Positions 1-9,382 of a stretch of 64,000 nucleotides of DNA are shown one piece after another. Within the stretch, counting starts at the first letter, position 1. Each line of letters starts with the position of its first letter. The stretch is from positions 194,219 through 258,218 of the forward strand of contig CAWGJT010000015.1 of NCBI GenBank assembly GCA_963822965.1, written 5' to 3'. The DNA comes from an uncultured delta proteobacterium. Its GTDB lineage: Bacteria; Myxococcota_A; UBA9160; UBA4427. The position numbers and the translations under genes are program-made. The notes beneath the pieces were generated by a model. The model saw only the letters and a list, made by a program, of their open reading frames with translations, was not told where the DNA came from and did no database searches.

Positions 1-133
1 GAGGCACCGCGCTCCTCGACGCTGCAGGAACGCCCGGCTCATCCCGAGCCGCGCGGCCGACTGTGGCAGCCTCTCTCTGGCAGTGGGACTATCCGCCACG
101 AGCGGTCACACCTTGCGCCAGCCGAAGTCCCGC

Positions 134-820
134 TCATCCATGACCTCCACCGGTGTCCGCAGCGGCCCTCTCCAGCTCCACCGCCACACCGATCACGTCA
201 CCGAGCGGCACGGGAGCAACGACCCGATCGAGTGGACGCGGAAACAGCGAAGAGCGCCAGTGCAGGTCTCTCAGGCGCCCTCCCGCCGCACCTTCGATCG
301 TTCGTCGAAGCGCGCCGAGCGAGAAGTCGCGAGCCCGCCCGAGGAGCGCACCACCCGACTCGGGACCCCAACGCCGGGAAGCCCCTCCGAGGCTCCAACG
401 GTTCAGTACGACGAGCACGAGCCCACGTTCCGCGACGCGCACGCTCTCTCGCAGGGCGAGCGCTGGGGACTCGAGGAATTCGAAGGTCGTGATCAGCACG
501 GCAACGTCCACGGCCTGATCCCGCAGGGGAAGCCCATGGGCGTCTGCGAGCACGAAGGGGGATCCCCTTCGGCAACGACGCGCTTCGCGCAGCATCGAGG
601 GAGACCGGTCCAGGCCGATCGTCAGCGACCCGCGCTCGGCCAGACCGTCCACGAAGTGGCCCGTGCCGCATCCGATCTCGAGCACTCGGCGCCGGTCCGG
701 GAACCACCCGAGGAGCCAGGCGAGAAGGGCGCGCTCCGCCCGGTCGACACGCCGACCGCGGGCCGTTGCGTACCAGTCCTCGTATCGGCCGGCCTCGCTC
801 TCAAAGATCTCCCACGTCAC
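134..820 (-). CDS. Class I SAM-dependent methyltransferase
   Basis: Motif I VLEIGCGTG, then LDRSPSML and ADAHGLPL; 228-aa ORF. Confidence 0.85.
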   Translation of the reverse strand: MTWEIFESEAGRYEDWYATARGRRVDRAERALLAWLLGWFPDRRRVLEIGCGTGHFVDGLAERGSLTIGLDRSPSMLREARRCRRGSPFVLADAHGLPLRDQAVDVAVLITTFEFLESPALALRESVRVAERGLVLVVLNRWSLGGASRRWGPESGGALLGRARDFSLGALRRTIEGAAGGRLRDLHWRSSLFPRPLDRVVAPVPLGDVIGVAVELERAAADTGGGHG

Positions 821-1076
821 GACTCCCCCGCTCCGGCACCGAGCAGGCGTTCGAGACCGTGAAAACCATCGCTACCTCGCCGGTCTCGGCAGCCTGCTCG
901 AAGGCGTCGCGAAGGGCAGCGAAGACCCGCTCCGGGTCGCCGGTGACGACAGTGCTCATCGGGCCCACCTCGGGCTCGAGGCCCTGACCCTTCAGAGCAA
1001 GGCGTACGCCCTCCACGGCCGGCCCGAGGTGCTGCTGGCGAAGGGGAAAGATGCTGATCTGCGCGCTCACGCTCAA
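801..1076 (-). CDS. YkoF/thiamine-binding-protein family small protein
   Basis: SAQISIFPL...EVGPMSTVVTGD...VSNAC pattern; TTG start after AGGAG RBS; overlaps downstream methyltransferase start. Confidence 0.7.
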   Translation of the reverse strand: MSVSAQISIFPLRQQHLGPAVEGVRLALKGQGLEPEVGPMSTVVTGDPERVFAALRDAFEQAAETGEVAMVFTVSNACSVPERGSRDVGDL

Positions 1077-1152
1077 GGATCGTCTCCTGTCGCTTGCTCT
1101 TGCCATGTTGCAGGGCTCACGTGCCATGGTGCCAGGGCGCAGCGAGGGGCTG

Positions 1153-1971
1153 CTACCCCGCAACGCGCGCCCGGATCTCCCCATTCGATGCGACGACGAG
1201 CTCCCCCTCGTCGAGCGGTGTCCAGTCCTCGTCGGTGAGCGGAACGCTGGCCACGAGTAGCACCTCCTGCTCGTCAGTCCCGCTCGACACCCGCAGGCCG
1301 GGTGCCTCGAGAGCGCTTGGCTCGAAGGGACACTTCCGGCGGAGGGTGTAGAGCCCCGGCGGCCGAAGAGTGGCGTCCCCCGCCCGCCGTCGTCTGTGCC
1401 CGTGCGCGAAGAGCGCTTCGCCATCCCAGTAGAGGAAGTTCGCCGGGCCGAAGCTGCGGATCGTGTGCGCAAACGAAGAGACGACGTCGAGCCGGTCTTC
1501 GAGCCTGGGAATCTCCGGGGAGCTCAACCACAGCTCCTCGAGCAGGTTCAGCAGAGCACAGAACGCGTACTCCGAGTCCGTGACGCCCATCGGGCGCCTC
1601 CGGCCGACGGGCAGATCGCTGCTCGCCCGAATGTCGACGAGATCGCCGTTGTGAGCAAAGACGTGGGCACGGCCCGCGAGCTCGCGCTGGAACGGCTGGG
1701 TGTTCTCGAAGCAGATGGCGCCGAGCTTCGCCTGCCTGAGGTGCGAGATCACCAGGGTGCTGCGAAGCTCGTGGCTCCCGATGAAGCGCACCAGATCGCT
1801 CGAGCCGGCCGCCGCACCTTCCTTGACCACCCAGACGTCGCGTTCCTGAAGGTAGGCGATGCCCCAGCCGTCCTTGAGCGCACTCGAGGGCTCGCCGTGG
1901 CGTGCGAACTCCTCGAGCGAGAAGCTCACGGTGGCGCTCTGCCGGCTCGACATCGCGAACAGCTCGCACAT
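1153..1971 (-). CDS. Class II (Ntn) glutamine amidotransferase, YafJ/EgtC-like
   Basis: N-terminal MCELF (Cys nucleophile), DGWG, ENTQPF, FAHNG, TDSE, VASVPLT. Confidence 0.9.
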   Translation of the reverse strand: MCELFAMSSRQSATVSFSLEEFARHGEPSSALKDGWGIAYLQERDVWVVKEGAAAGSSDLVRFIGSHELRSTLVISHLRQAKLGAICFENTQPFQRELAGRAHVFAHNGDLVDIRASSDLPVGRRRPMGVTDSEYAFCALLNLLEELWLSSPEIPRLEDRLDVVSSFAHTIRSFGPANFLYWDGEALFAHGHRRRRAGDATLRPPGLYTLRRKCPFEPSALEAPGLRVSSGTDEQEVLLVASVPLTDEDWTPLDEGELVVASNGEIRARVAG

Positions 1972-2060
1972 GGCATTGGTCTCTGCGAATGAGTCTCGCT
2001 CGCGCGTCGCCTGACGCGCGTTCGCGATGCCTCAGCCCCTTCGGTTGGTGATCCGCCCCC

Positions 2061-3008
2061 TCACTCGCCCGCTCCGAAGCGGCGTACATAGAACCACTGG
2101 TCCCGATATCGGACCCGTTTGATGTCCCCTCGCCCGGTCAAGCGCTCGACGACGGCCCAGGGCGTCTTTGACCCTCGAAACAGCTCGCGTACGGCGTCCT
2201 CGCGCATCGGATGCACGGCCGTGATGCTGAGCAGGTCCTTCTCGGGATCGCCCGAGGTTCCGAAAGCCGCGCCCTCGTAGCCCGTCAGCAGCTCGACGTT
2301 CGGCAGCATGCTCGCGAAGATCTGGTGGGCGCGCGTCACGACCTCTTCGGACGGCGGAGCCGCCCAGCCCTCGGCGGTGGGTCGGGTCGGGATGCCGACA
2401 TACGCCGTTCCTGGCTTCAGCCTGGCCACGAAGGATGCGATCTCGGACACGAGATCTTCGCCGTCGTTCTGGGCGCTGATCAGCATGGTCTCGGTAGCCA
2501 GCTCCCCACGAAATCCGGCGGCGAACTCGAGCATGCCGTCGAGGACGCGCCCGAGGTCGAGATCCTGGTGGGGGCGGTTGATTCGCTTCCACTCGGCCTG
2601 GCGAACGGCGTCCACCTTGAGCGAGACCCAGTCTGTGAGTCCGAGGGCCGCTCGAACCTCCGGCCGCCAGAGCAGCGACCCGTTGGAGATGACCGCAATG
2701 CGGATTCCCAGCCCCCGGACGCCTTCGATCGCCTCTCCGAGCCGAGCGTCGAGCGTCGGCTCCCCGTCCGGGACGAAGGTGAGGAAGTCCAGCTTCTCTC
2801 CGCGATCGCGGATCTCACGCACACGGGCCGATACCTCTGCGACGATCTCTTCCACCGGGTAGTAGTTCCGCAGATCGATCGAATGGGTGATGGTTCGCCC
2901 CACCTGGCAGTAGACACAGGAGTAGCTGCACTTCTTCGGCGGGATGTTGTTGATCCCGAGACTCCGACCGAGGCGCCGGGACGGGACGGGGCCGAAGACG
3001 ATCGTCAT
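2061..3008 (-). CDS. Radical SAM protein
   Basis: MTIVFGPVPSRRLGRSLGIN; CxxxCxxC (CSYSCVYC); DGEPTL; ATGA overlap with upstream ZIP gene. Confidence 0.9.
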   Translation of the reverse strand: MTIVFGPVPSRRLGRSLGINNIPPKKCSYSCVYCQVGRTITHSIDLRNYYPVEEIVAEVSARVREIRDRGEKLDFLTFVPDGEPTLDARLGEAIEGVRGLGIRIAVISNGSLLWRPEVRAALGLTDWVSLKVDAVRQAEWKRINRPHQDLDLGRVLDGMLEFAAGFRGELATETMLISAQNDGEDLVSEIASFVARLKPGTAYVGIPTRPTAEGWAAPPSEEVVTRAHQIFASMLPNVELLTGYEGAAFGTSGDPEKDLLSITAVHPMREDAVRELFRGSKTPWAVVERLTGRGDIKRVRYRDQWFYVRRFGAGE

Positions 3009-3754
3009 GTTCCCGGCTCGAGAACCACCCGGATCCCCCAGAGAAGCGCGATTCCGGCGACGAATGAAGCGAAATGCAGAACGTTCGCCCCGAAGTCCCT
3101 GTGCTTGTTGACCTCGGGTACGAGATCGGAGGCTCCAATGTAGATGAAGCTGCCGGCCGCGAAGGGGACGAGGAAACCGACCTCGATCCGAGCGGATGCG
3201 GCGTACGCGACCAGCCCCCCCACGAGGAAGGTCAGGCCGGAGAGGAGGTTCAAGAGCAGCGCGTTCCCCTTCGTCCAGCCGCCGTGAATCAGCACACCGA
3301 AATCGCCGAGCTCCTGCGGGACCTCGTGCGCAGCGGCCGCGAGCCAGGCGGCAAGCCCGAGCCGGATGTCGATCAGGAAGACGCCGGCGATTCCGACTCC
3401 TCCGAGGAAGTTGTGCAGGCCGTCCCCGAGAAGGATGAGATAGGTGAGCGGCTTCCTGCAGTCGGCGGAGGCCCGGTGGCAATGGTGCCAGTGGAGGAAC
3501 TGCTCGAGCGCGAAGAACAGTGCGAACCCCATCAACGTCCACAAGAAGACGGTCGGGTCGGCTGGCGCTTCCTGCAGGGCCGCCGGAAGCATGTGGAAGA
3601 ACGCTCCGCCGAGCAGCGACCCCGCGGCGAAGGCGACCAGAGGCATGATGACCCGATTCAGGGCGTCTTCGCTCAGCAGGAGCGTCACACTGCCCACGAG
3701 AGCGATCCCACTCATCAGCACGCCGCCCATGAGGATCCACCAGAAGGTGTCCAC
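3005..3754 (-). CDS. ZIP family metal transporter
   Basis: Multiple TM helices, HWHHCH loop, DGLHNF, HEVPQELGDFG; GTG start after GGAGG. Confidence 0.9.
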   Translation of the reverse strand: MDTFWWILMGGVLMSGIALVGSVTLLLSEDALNRVIMPLVAFAAGSLLGGAFFHMLPAALQEAPADPTVFLWTLMGFALFFALEQFLHWHHCHRASADCRKPLTYLILLGDGLHNFLGGVGIAGVFLIDIRLGLAAWLAAAAHEVPQELGDFGVLIHGGWTKGNALLLNLLSGLTFLVGGLVAYAASARIEVGFLVPFAAGSFIYIGASDLVPEVNKHRDFGANVLHFASFVAGIALLWGIRVVLEPGT

Positions 3755-4021
3755 CGAGTCCCCCCCTCCCCGTGAGCGGGCTTCGATGCGTTCGGGCCCG
3801 AGCTCCCAGGCTACCAGGGAATCGCGGCCAGACCGGCGGTCCGACATTCGCGGGATGCCATGCCGCTTCTGCAGGCGCTCCGTGCCCGCTCCGCCGCCGG
3901 CGCGAGGCTCGGGCGGTCGCACGCCCCGCCGTGGAGCCTCCTGGACGCGGTCGCGGCGCGGCCGACGTCTGGCACCCGGCTTGCCTCCTCCGGGGACCTC
4001 GTGGGACCCGGGAGCGCGGCT

Positions 4022-4495
4022 GATGCCCGTCGCCGTCAGGGTGACGAAGACGTTCGAGCCGTCCAGCGAGGCGAAGCTGCGCCGCAGCGGGGCCGACCAC
4101 GTGATCCTGCCGGCGGCCATCGGCGCGCACCGCATCGCGAACCTCATCACGCGGCCCTCGGCCGAGGACTTCCTGGCGAGCCACGGGGCTTGCGGGGCGA
4201 CATCGGCGACGAGCTGAAGCAGCTCGGGCTGCAGATCGAGGAGCTGCGCCTGCCCGCCGGATCGCCGCTCGTCGGGCGCCCGATCGAGGCGATCGAGGTG
4301 GGCGGGAACCACGGCTTCCTGATCGTCGGCGTGCGCCGGGCCGACGGCGACGTCCGGGTGAACCCGGACGACGGCGAGATCCTGCGGGACGGCGACACGG
4401 TGATCGTCCTCGGCCACGCGAACGACCTGCCCGCACTGCGCCGGCGCTACGAGCTCGAGCGCCAGATCTACTACCGGGGGGCACGCATGCGCTGA
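4022..4495 (+). pseudogene. Truncated, frameshifted TrkA/RCK (potassium channel) C-terminal fragment
   Basis: KLRRSGADHVILPAAIGAHRIA in one frame, then a TrkA-C domain (IEELRLPAGSPLVGRPI...GDTVIVLG) in another; shift near 4185; no channel N-terminus upstream; start approximate. Confidence 0.65.
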
Positions 4496-4527
4496 GCCGG
4501 GGGGCCGTGCCGGCGCGCTTCGGGGCT

Positions 4528-5982
4528 CTACGCCGGCCAGCGCTTCTCGAGCTCCCGGGCCAGCCTCTCCCGGCCCGTGCTCCGCAGGCGCTTCAGGTAC
4601 TCCGGCAGGCGGCCGCGCACGTGATAGGGCCCGCCCTCGGCCATCACGTTCTCGTGCGGGTCGCGGCCCCGAGCCGCGCCGGGGAGCAGCTCCTCGCGCC
4701 ACGCGCGCAGGATGCCGGCACCGCGCCGGACGACCTCCGGCTCGTCGGTCGCCCGATTCACCTGCTCGTGCGGATCGCTCGGGAGGTGGAAGAGCATGGG
4801 GTCGTCCCAGAGGTGGTACGCGTCGTGCCGGGTCTCCAGGTAGAACCAGTCCTCGAACCGCACGCCCCGCTGGCAGGCCCAGGCGGCCTGAGAAACGACG
4901 AGCGCCTCGCGACCCGCGTCCGTGCCCGCGACGAGCGCGTCGCGGAAGCTGCGACCGTGCCAGCGCCCGGGCACGCGCACCCCCAGCAGGTCGAGCAGGG
5001 TCGCCGCCACGTCGATCTGGTAGTAGAGCCCCCGCCGGACCCCCGGCTCGAGGCCCGGCCAGCGCAGGATCATCGGGATCCGGGTGGTGACCGCGTCCGC
5101 GGCCTGGTGGTCCCCGTAGACGTTGAGCTCGCCGAGCGCCTCCCCGTGGTCGGACGAGAGCATCACCGCGGTGTCCCCGTCGACGTCGAGATCGGCCAGC
5201 AGCCCGAGCAGGCGACCGACGTAGGCGTCGGCCATCCGCACCCCCGTGTCGTAGCCGTCGAACATCTGGCGCACGCCGGCCGTGTCGGGGATCTGCTGCG
5301 GCTGACGCGGGAAGAACTCGAGCGCCTTCGGCATGGGCGCGAAGCCCGAGCACTCCTGGGCCGAGTGCGGGCCACACCCCTCCCAGTGCGCCTGGCGCAC
5401 CTCTTCGGTGAGCCAGCCGGGCAGCGGGTCGTCCGCGAACGGCTCGCCCCAGGTCGCCGGCGTCCGGTACGGCGTGTGCGGGTCCCACAGGTGGACGTGC
5501 AGGAACCAATCGTCCCGCCGCCCCTTGCGGCGCAGCCAGTCCGCGGCGATGGCGAACACCTCGTCCGCCGTCTCGAGCCCCAGCTTCCCCACGTTGTAGG
5601 CCTCGTCGAAGCCCGCGTACCAGTGGAAGGCGGAGTGGCGCTGGGCGAAGGAGCTCACGCTCGCCGTCGTCAGGCCGGCGCGCTTGAAGCGCGACGGAAG
5701 GCTCTCCCGCTGGAGGCGGGACCAGAACTCCCGCCCCGCTCCGTCGATGACCGGGTCGGCGTCGGTCCCGCCGTGGTTCACCACCCCGTTGTGGATCCCG
5801 AAGCGCCCCGTCAGCAGTGCGGTGCGGCTCGGCAGGCAGGGGACGTCGGAGGCGTGCACCCCCTCGAAGCGAACCGCGTCTTCGGCCAGGGCGTCGATGT
5901 TCGGGCTCGTGCGCCGGGGATAGCCGTAGCAGCCCAGATGGTCCGGGCGGAGCGTGTCGATGTCGATGTAGAGGAGTCGCAC
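4528..5982 (-). CDS. Sulfatase (formylglycine-dependent family)
   Basis: IDTLRPDHLGCYGY, CLPSR (CxPxR) ALLTG, WDPHTPY, SSDHGE. Confidence 0.92.
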   Translation of the reverse strand: MRLLYIDIDTLRPDHLGCYGYPRRTSPNIDALAEDAVRFEGVHASDVPCLPSRTALLTGRFGIHNGVVNHGGTDADPVIDGAGREFWSRLQRESLPSRFKRAGLTTASVSSFAQRHSAFHWYAGFDEAYNVGKLGLETADEVFAIAADWLRRKGRRDDWFLHVHLWDPHTPYRTPATWGEPFADDPLPGWLTEEVRQAHWEGCGPHSAQECSGFAPMPKALEFFPRQPQQIPDTAGVRQMFDGYDTGVRMADAYVGRLLGLLADLDVDGDTAVMLSSDHGEALGELNVYGDHQAADAVTTRIPMILRWPGLEPGVRRGLYYQIDVAATLLDLLGVRVPGRWHGRSFRDALVAGTDAGREALVVSQAAWACQRGVRFEDWFYLETRHDAYHLWDDPMLFHLPSDPHEQVNRATDEPEVVRRGAGILRAWREELLPGAARGRDPHENVMAEGGPYHVRGRLPEYLKRLRSTGRERLARELEKRWPA

Positions 5983-6124
5983 GACGGGAGTCTAGTGTTC
6001 CACGGTGGGGACGGCCGAATGCGGCGGACCCGCTTCCCGGCGCTCCCGGTGAGAGCGGCTCGGCGAAGCCCGCAGAGCCGCTACCCTCCGGCGACTCGTC
6101 GAACCGGAAGGCGGAGGACCGGCA

Positions 6125-7159
6125 CTGGGGGGCGGAAGGCGCGCGAGGCGCTTCGAATGGGAGACGTGGCCGGACAGCCGGCTTCTCACGCTGCGCCTGT
6201 GCGACCTCGGCGTCGAGCTCGAAGACAGCTGGGTCGCCGGCTTGGCCGAACGCGCGACCACGGAGCTCGCCGCCCACGGGCTTCGGGTGCGTCCCCACTT
6301 CTGGCTGTCCGTGGAGTGGTTCTCGCCCGAAGGCGTGCCGGGCGTGGCGATCCCGTTCTACCTCGCCCACCCGAGACTGATCCAGCTCGAGCGCCGGCAG
6401 ATGCTGGAGGCGGAAGGCAGCACCCGGGCGAGCTGTCTGCGGCTGCTGCGTCACGAGCTCGGCCACGTGGTGCACCACGCCTATCGGCTGCAGCGCCGCA
6501 AGCGCTGGCAGAAGCACTTCGGGCGCTCCTCCCGCGCCTACCCCGACTGGTACCGCCCCGATCCCACCAGCCATCGCCACGTGCTGCACCTGGACTACTG
6601 GTACGCACAGGCCCATCCCGACGAGGACTTCGCGGAGACGTTCGCCGTCTGGCTCACCCCGCGATCGCGCTGGCGATCGCGCTACCGGGGCTGGCCCGCC
6701 CTGCGCAAGCTGGAGTACGTCGACGAGCTCATGGGAGAGCTCGCGGGACGGGCACCGCCGGTGCGGAGCCGCGCGCGGCCCGAGGCGCTCTCCCGCATCC
6801 GCCGCACCCTGGGCGAGTACTACCAGGAGAAGCAGGAACGCTTCGGAAGCGCGTTGAGTCACGTCTACGACGACGACCTGCGGCGTCTCTTCGCCGGTCC
6901 GGGCGCCGGGGCCTCGGGCGAGTCCGCCGCCGCGTTCCTGCGCCGCGACCGGGGGACGATCCGGCGGATGGTGGCGCGCGGGACCGGGCGTCACGAGTAC
7001 GCGATCGACCTGGTGCTCCGGGAGATGACGGACCGTTGCCGGGTGCTCAGGCTGCGCGTCGCGTCGCCCACCGAGCTGCTCCTGACCGACCTGGCGGTCC
7101 TCGTCGCGGCCCGGGGAACGGAGTACCTGTACAGCCGGCGCGAATGGCATCCGATGTGA
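6125..7159 (+). CDS. Putative zinc-binding metallopeptidase
   Basis: HELGH (HExxH), YAQAHPDEDFAETFAVWL; protein-like frame extends upstream of TTG 6242 to a CTG at 6125 preceded by GGAGGA; start uncertain. Confidence 0.8.
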   Translation: MGGGRRARRFEWETWPDSRLLTLRLCDLGVELEDSWVAGLAERATTELAAHGLRVRPHFWLSVEWFSPEGVPGVAIPFYLAHPRLIQLERRQMLEAEGSTRASCLRLLRHELGHVVHHAYRLQRRKRWQKHFGRSSRAYPDWYRPDPTSHRHVLHLDYWYAQAHPDEDFAETFAVWLTPRSRWRSRYRGWPALRKLEYVDELMGELAGRAPPVRSRARPEALSRIRRTLGEYYQEKQERFGSALSHVYDDDLRRLFAGPGAGASGESAAAFLRRDRGTIRRMVARGTGRHEYAIDLVLREMTDRCRVLRLRVASPTELLLTDLAVLVAARGTEYLYSRREWHPM

Positions 7160-7217
7160 GCCAGGCCGGGACCGAAGGGCCGGCCGCGGGGCCCGAGCCC
7201 GAGGGAGGTGCGACCGG

Positions 7218-8228
7218 ATGAACAGACGCAGGGTGCTGGTGCTCGTCCACGGCGATCTGCTGGCGCCCGACGACCTCGAGGGCCTGAGCGACCAGCAGGT
7301 GCACGACGTCAAGAGCGAGTACGACGTCGTGACGACCCTTCGGGCGCAGGGACACGAAGTGCAACAGGTCGGCGTCACCGACGACCTGACCCCCATCCGA
7401 CGGGCCGTGACCTCCTTCCGCCCGCACGTCGTCTTCAACCTGCTCGAGGAGTTCAACGCCGAGGCCATGTACGACCACAACGTGGTCTCGTATCTCGAGC
7501 TCCTCGGGATACCGTACACGGGATGCGGGCCCCGCGGCCTCGTCCTCACCCGCGACAAGTCCCTGGCCAAGAAGCTGGTCGCCTACCATCGCATCCGCGT
7601 CCCGCGCTTCTTCATCGTGCGCCGCGGACGCCGGGCGCGACCCGGCCACCGGCTCCGCTATCCGCTGATCGTCAAGTCGCTGATCGAGGAGGCTTCGATC
7701 TCCATCGCCAAGGCGTCCATCGTGACCAACGAGGACAAGCTCGCCGAACGGGTCCGCTTCGTCCACGAGAACGTCGAGACGGACGCCATCGTCGAGGAGT
7801 TCATCGACGGACGGGAGATCTACGCCGCGGTGATCGGCAACGAGCGCCTGCAGGTGCTGCCCCCCCAGGAGCTCGTCATCGCCAAGCGGTCGGAGAACGA
7901 GCGCCTCATCGCGACCGAGAGGGTGAAGCACGACCCCGACTATCAGGAGAAGCGGGGCGTCGACGTCCTCATCGCCGACCTGTCGGAAGACCAACGGCGG
8001 CGGCTGGAGCGCATCGCCCGAAGGATCTACCGCGCGCTCGAGCTGCGCGGCTACGCACGGATCGACTTCCGGCTGAGCGAGGCGGGGGAGTTCTACTTCC
8101 TCGAGGCGAATCCCAACCCCGAGATCGCGGATGGCGAGGAGGTCGCCGAGGCCGCGCGGGCGGCGGGGATGAGCTACCCGGGGCTGCTCGAGAAGATCCT
8201 TCGTCTCGGGATGCGGCGCGCGGTCTGA
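7218..8228 (+). CDS. ATP-grasp ligase, D-Ala-D-Ala-ligase-like family
   Basis: VVFNLLEEF, GIPYTGC, DKSLAK, VEEFIDGRE, YARIDFRL, LEANPNP. Confidence 0.88.
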   Translation: MNRRRVLVLVHGDLLAPDDLEGLSDQQVHDVKSEYDVVTTLRAQGHEVQQVGVTDDLTPIRRAVTSFRPHVVFNLLEEFNAEAMYDHNVVSYLELLGIPYTGCGPRGLVLTRDKSLAKKLVAYHRIRVPRFFIVRRGRRARPGHRLRYPLIVKSLIEEASISIAKASIVTNEDKLAERVRFVHENVETDAIVEEFIDGREIYAAVIGNERLQVLPPQELVIAKRSENERLIATERVKHDPDYQEKRGVDVLIADLSEDQRRRLERIARRIYRALELRGYARIDFRLSEAGEFYFLEANPNPEIADGEEVAEAARAAGMSYPGLLEKILRLGMRRAV

Positions 8229-8377
8229 GGGCGACGCGGAGACGCCGCCGGATTCCGGCGGTCGGGCCGGCGGAGGCCGCGCTGTCCCAGATTGCCACCG
8301 CCTCCGGTCGTGAACGCGTTGCTGCGCCGCGCTGCCGTCGCGTACCATGGCACCCGTCCGTAAGAAGGGGGAAGCGT

Positions 8378-9343
8378 GTGACGCGCGAACGTTCGGGATC
8401 GGTCCTCGCTGGAGCGGGAATCGCGCTGCTGGCCGCGGTGGGGCTGCTCGTGGTCCCGAAAGCGGGCTTCGCGCGCGACTTCGAGGAAAGCCTCGCCCGC
8501 GTCGACGACGCGCTGCGAAAGAACCCCTCCCACGTGCTGGAGAACGCGCTCCAGTCGTGCCAGGGCCGGCGATCCTTCGCGATCCAGCTCTTCCAGGTCG
8601 GCGAGGTCGCCCGCGCCGAACGCAGTCTCCGGTACTGCTTCGATCTTCTCGAGATTCCCGAGAATCCGCCCAAGACGGTGACGGCGGCGGAGAAGCGCAG
8701 CATGGAGGAGATGCAGGCGCAGGCCGCACGCGAGGTCGAGCGCGCGCTGGCTCTCACCCCCAATCTCGAGAACGGCCTCGCCATCTACCGCGAATGCTCC
8801 GGCTGCCACATGCCCGAGGGATGGGGTCTACAGAACGGATCCGTCCCCCAGATCGCGGGCCAGCACCGCAACGTCGTCATCAAGCAGCTCGCCGACGTCC
8901 GGGCCGGCAACCGGGATACCCTCCTGATGCTGCCCTACGCGTCCGTCGAGGCGATCGGCGGCACCCAGGCGGTCGCCGACGTGGCTGGCTACATCGACAC
9001 CCTGGAGATCAGCGTCGAGACGGGCAAGGGGCCCGGCAAGGACCTCACCCTGGGCGCGCGCATCTACCGGGAGAAGTGCGCTGCCTGTCACGGCGAGACC
9101 GGAGAGGGCAACGAGGACAAGTTCGTGCCCCGCATCCAGGCCCAGCACTACAACTACCTGGTGCGGCAGTTCGAACGCATCCGCGACGGCGAGCGCCGCA
9201 ACGCCAACCCCGACATGGTGGCCCAGATCCAGGGCTTCGAGGATCGGGACATCCATGCGGTCATGGACTACGTGTCGCGCCTCGAGCCGCCCGAGGCCAT
9301 GCAGGCCCCGCCCGGCTGGCACAACCCCGACTTCGCGCGCTGA
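8378..9343 (+). CDS. Exported diheme c-type cytochrome (c4/c553-like) with extra N-terminal domain
   Basis: Signal-peptide-like N-terminus; CSGCH and CAACH; PQIAGQH and PRIQAQH motifs. Confidence 0.85.
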   Translation: MTRERSGSVLAGAGIALLAAVGLLVVPKAGFARDFEESLARVDDALRKNPSHVLENALQSCQGRRSFAIQLFQVGEVARAERSLRYCFDLLEIPENPPKTVTAAEKRSMEEMQAQAAREVERALALTPNLENGLAIYRECSGCHMPEGWGLQNGSVPQIAGQHRNVVIKQLADVRAGNRDTLLMLPYASVEAIGGTQAVADVAGYIDTLEISVETGKGPGKDLTLGARIYREKCAACHGETGEGNEDKFVPRIQAQHYNYLVRQFERIRDGERRNANPDMVAQIQGFEDRDIHAVMDYVSRLEPPEAMQAPPGWHNPDFAR

Positions 9344-9382
9344 GCGGCGGGGTCACGCGCCCATCCGGAGGGCGGTTCGGCG

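Noticed and set aside
1109..1127. Sigma54 promoter on the minus strand (TGGCACGTGAGCCCTGCA)
   Set aside because: GG-to-GC spacing is 12, not 10.
3005..7570. 1521-aa ORF, and similar long ORFs such as 22468-25536, 4507-7221 and 41455-43980
   Set aside because: Arg/Pro/Ala-rich shadow frames expected in high-GC DNA, overlapping well-supported genes; only the ZIP part of the first is real.
7218..8228. Housekeeping ddl
   Set aside because: Lacks the N-terminal GGxSxE and HG...GEDG motifs, has EANPNP rather than ExNTxPG, and is not in a cell-wall cluster.
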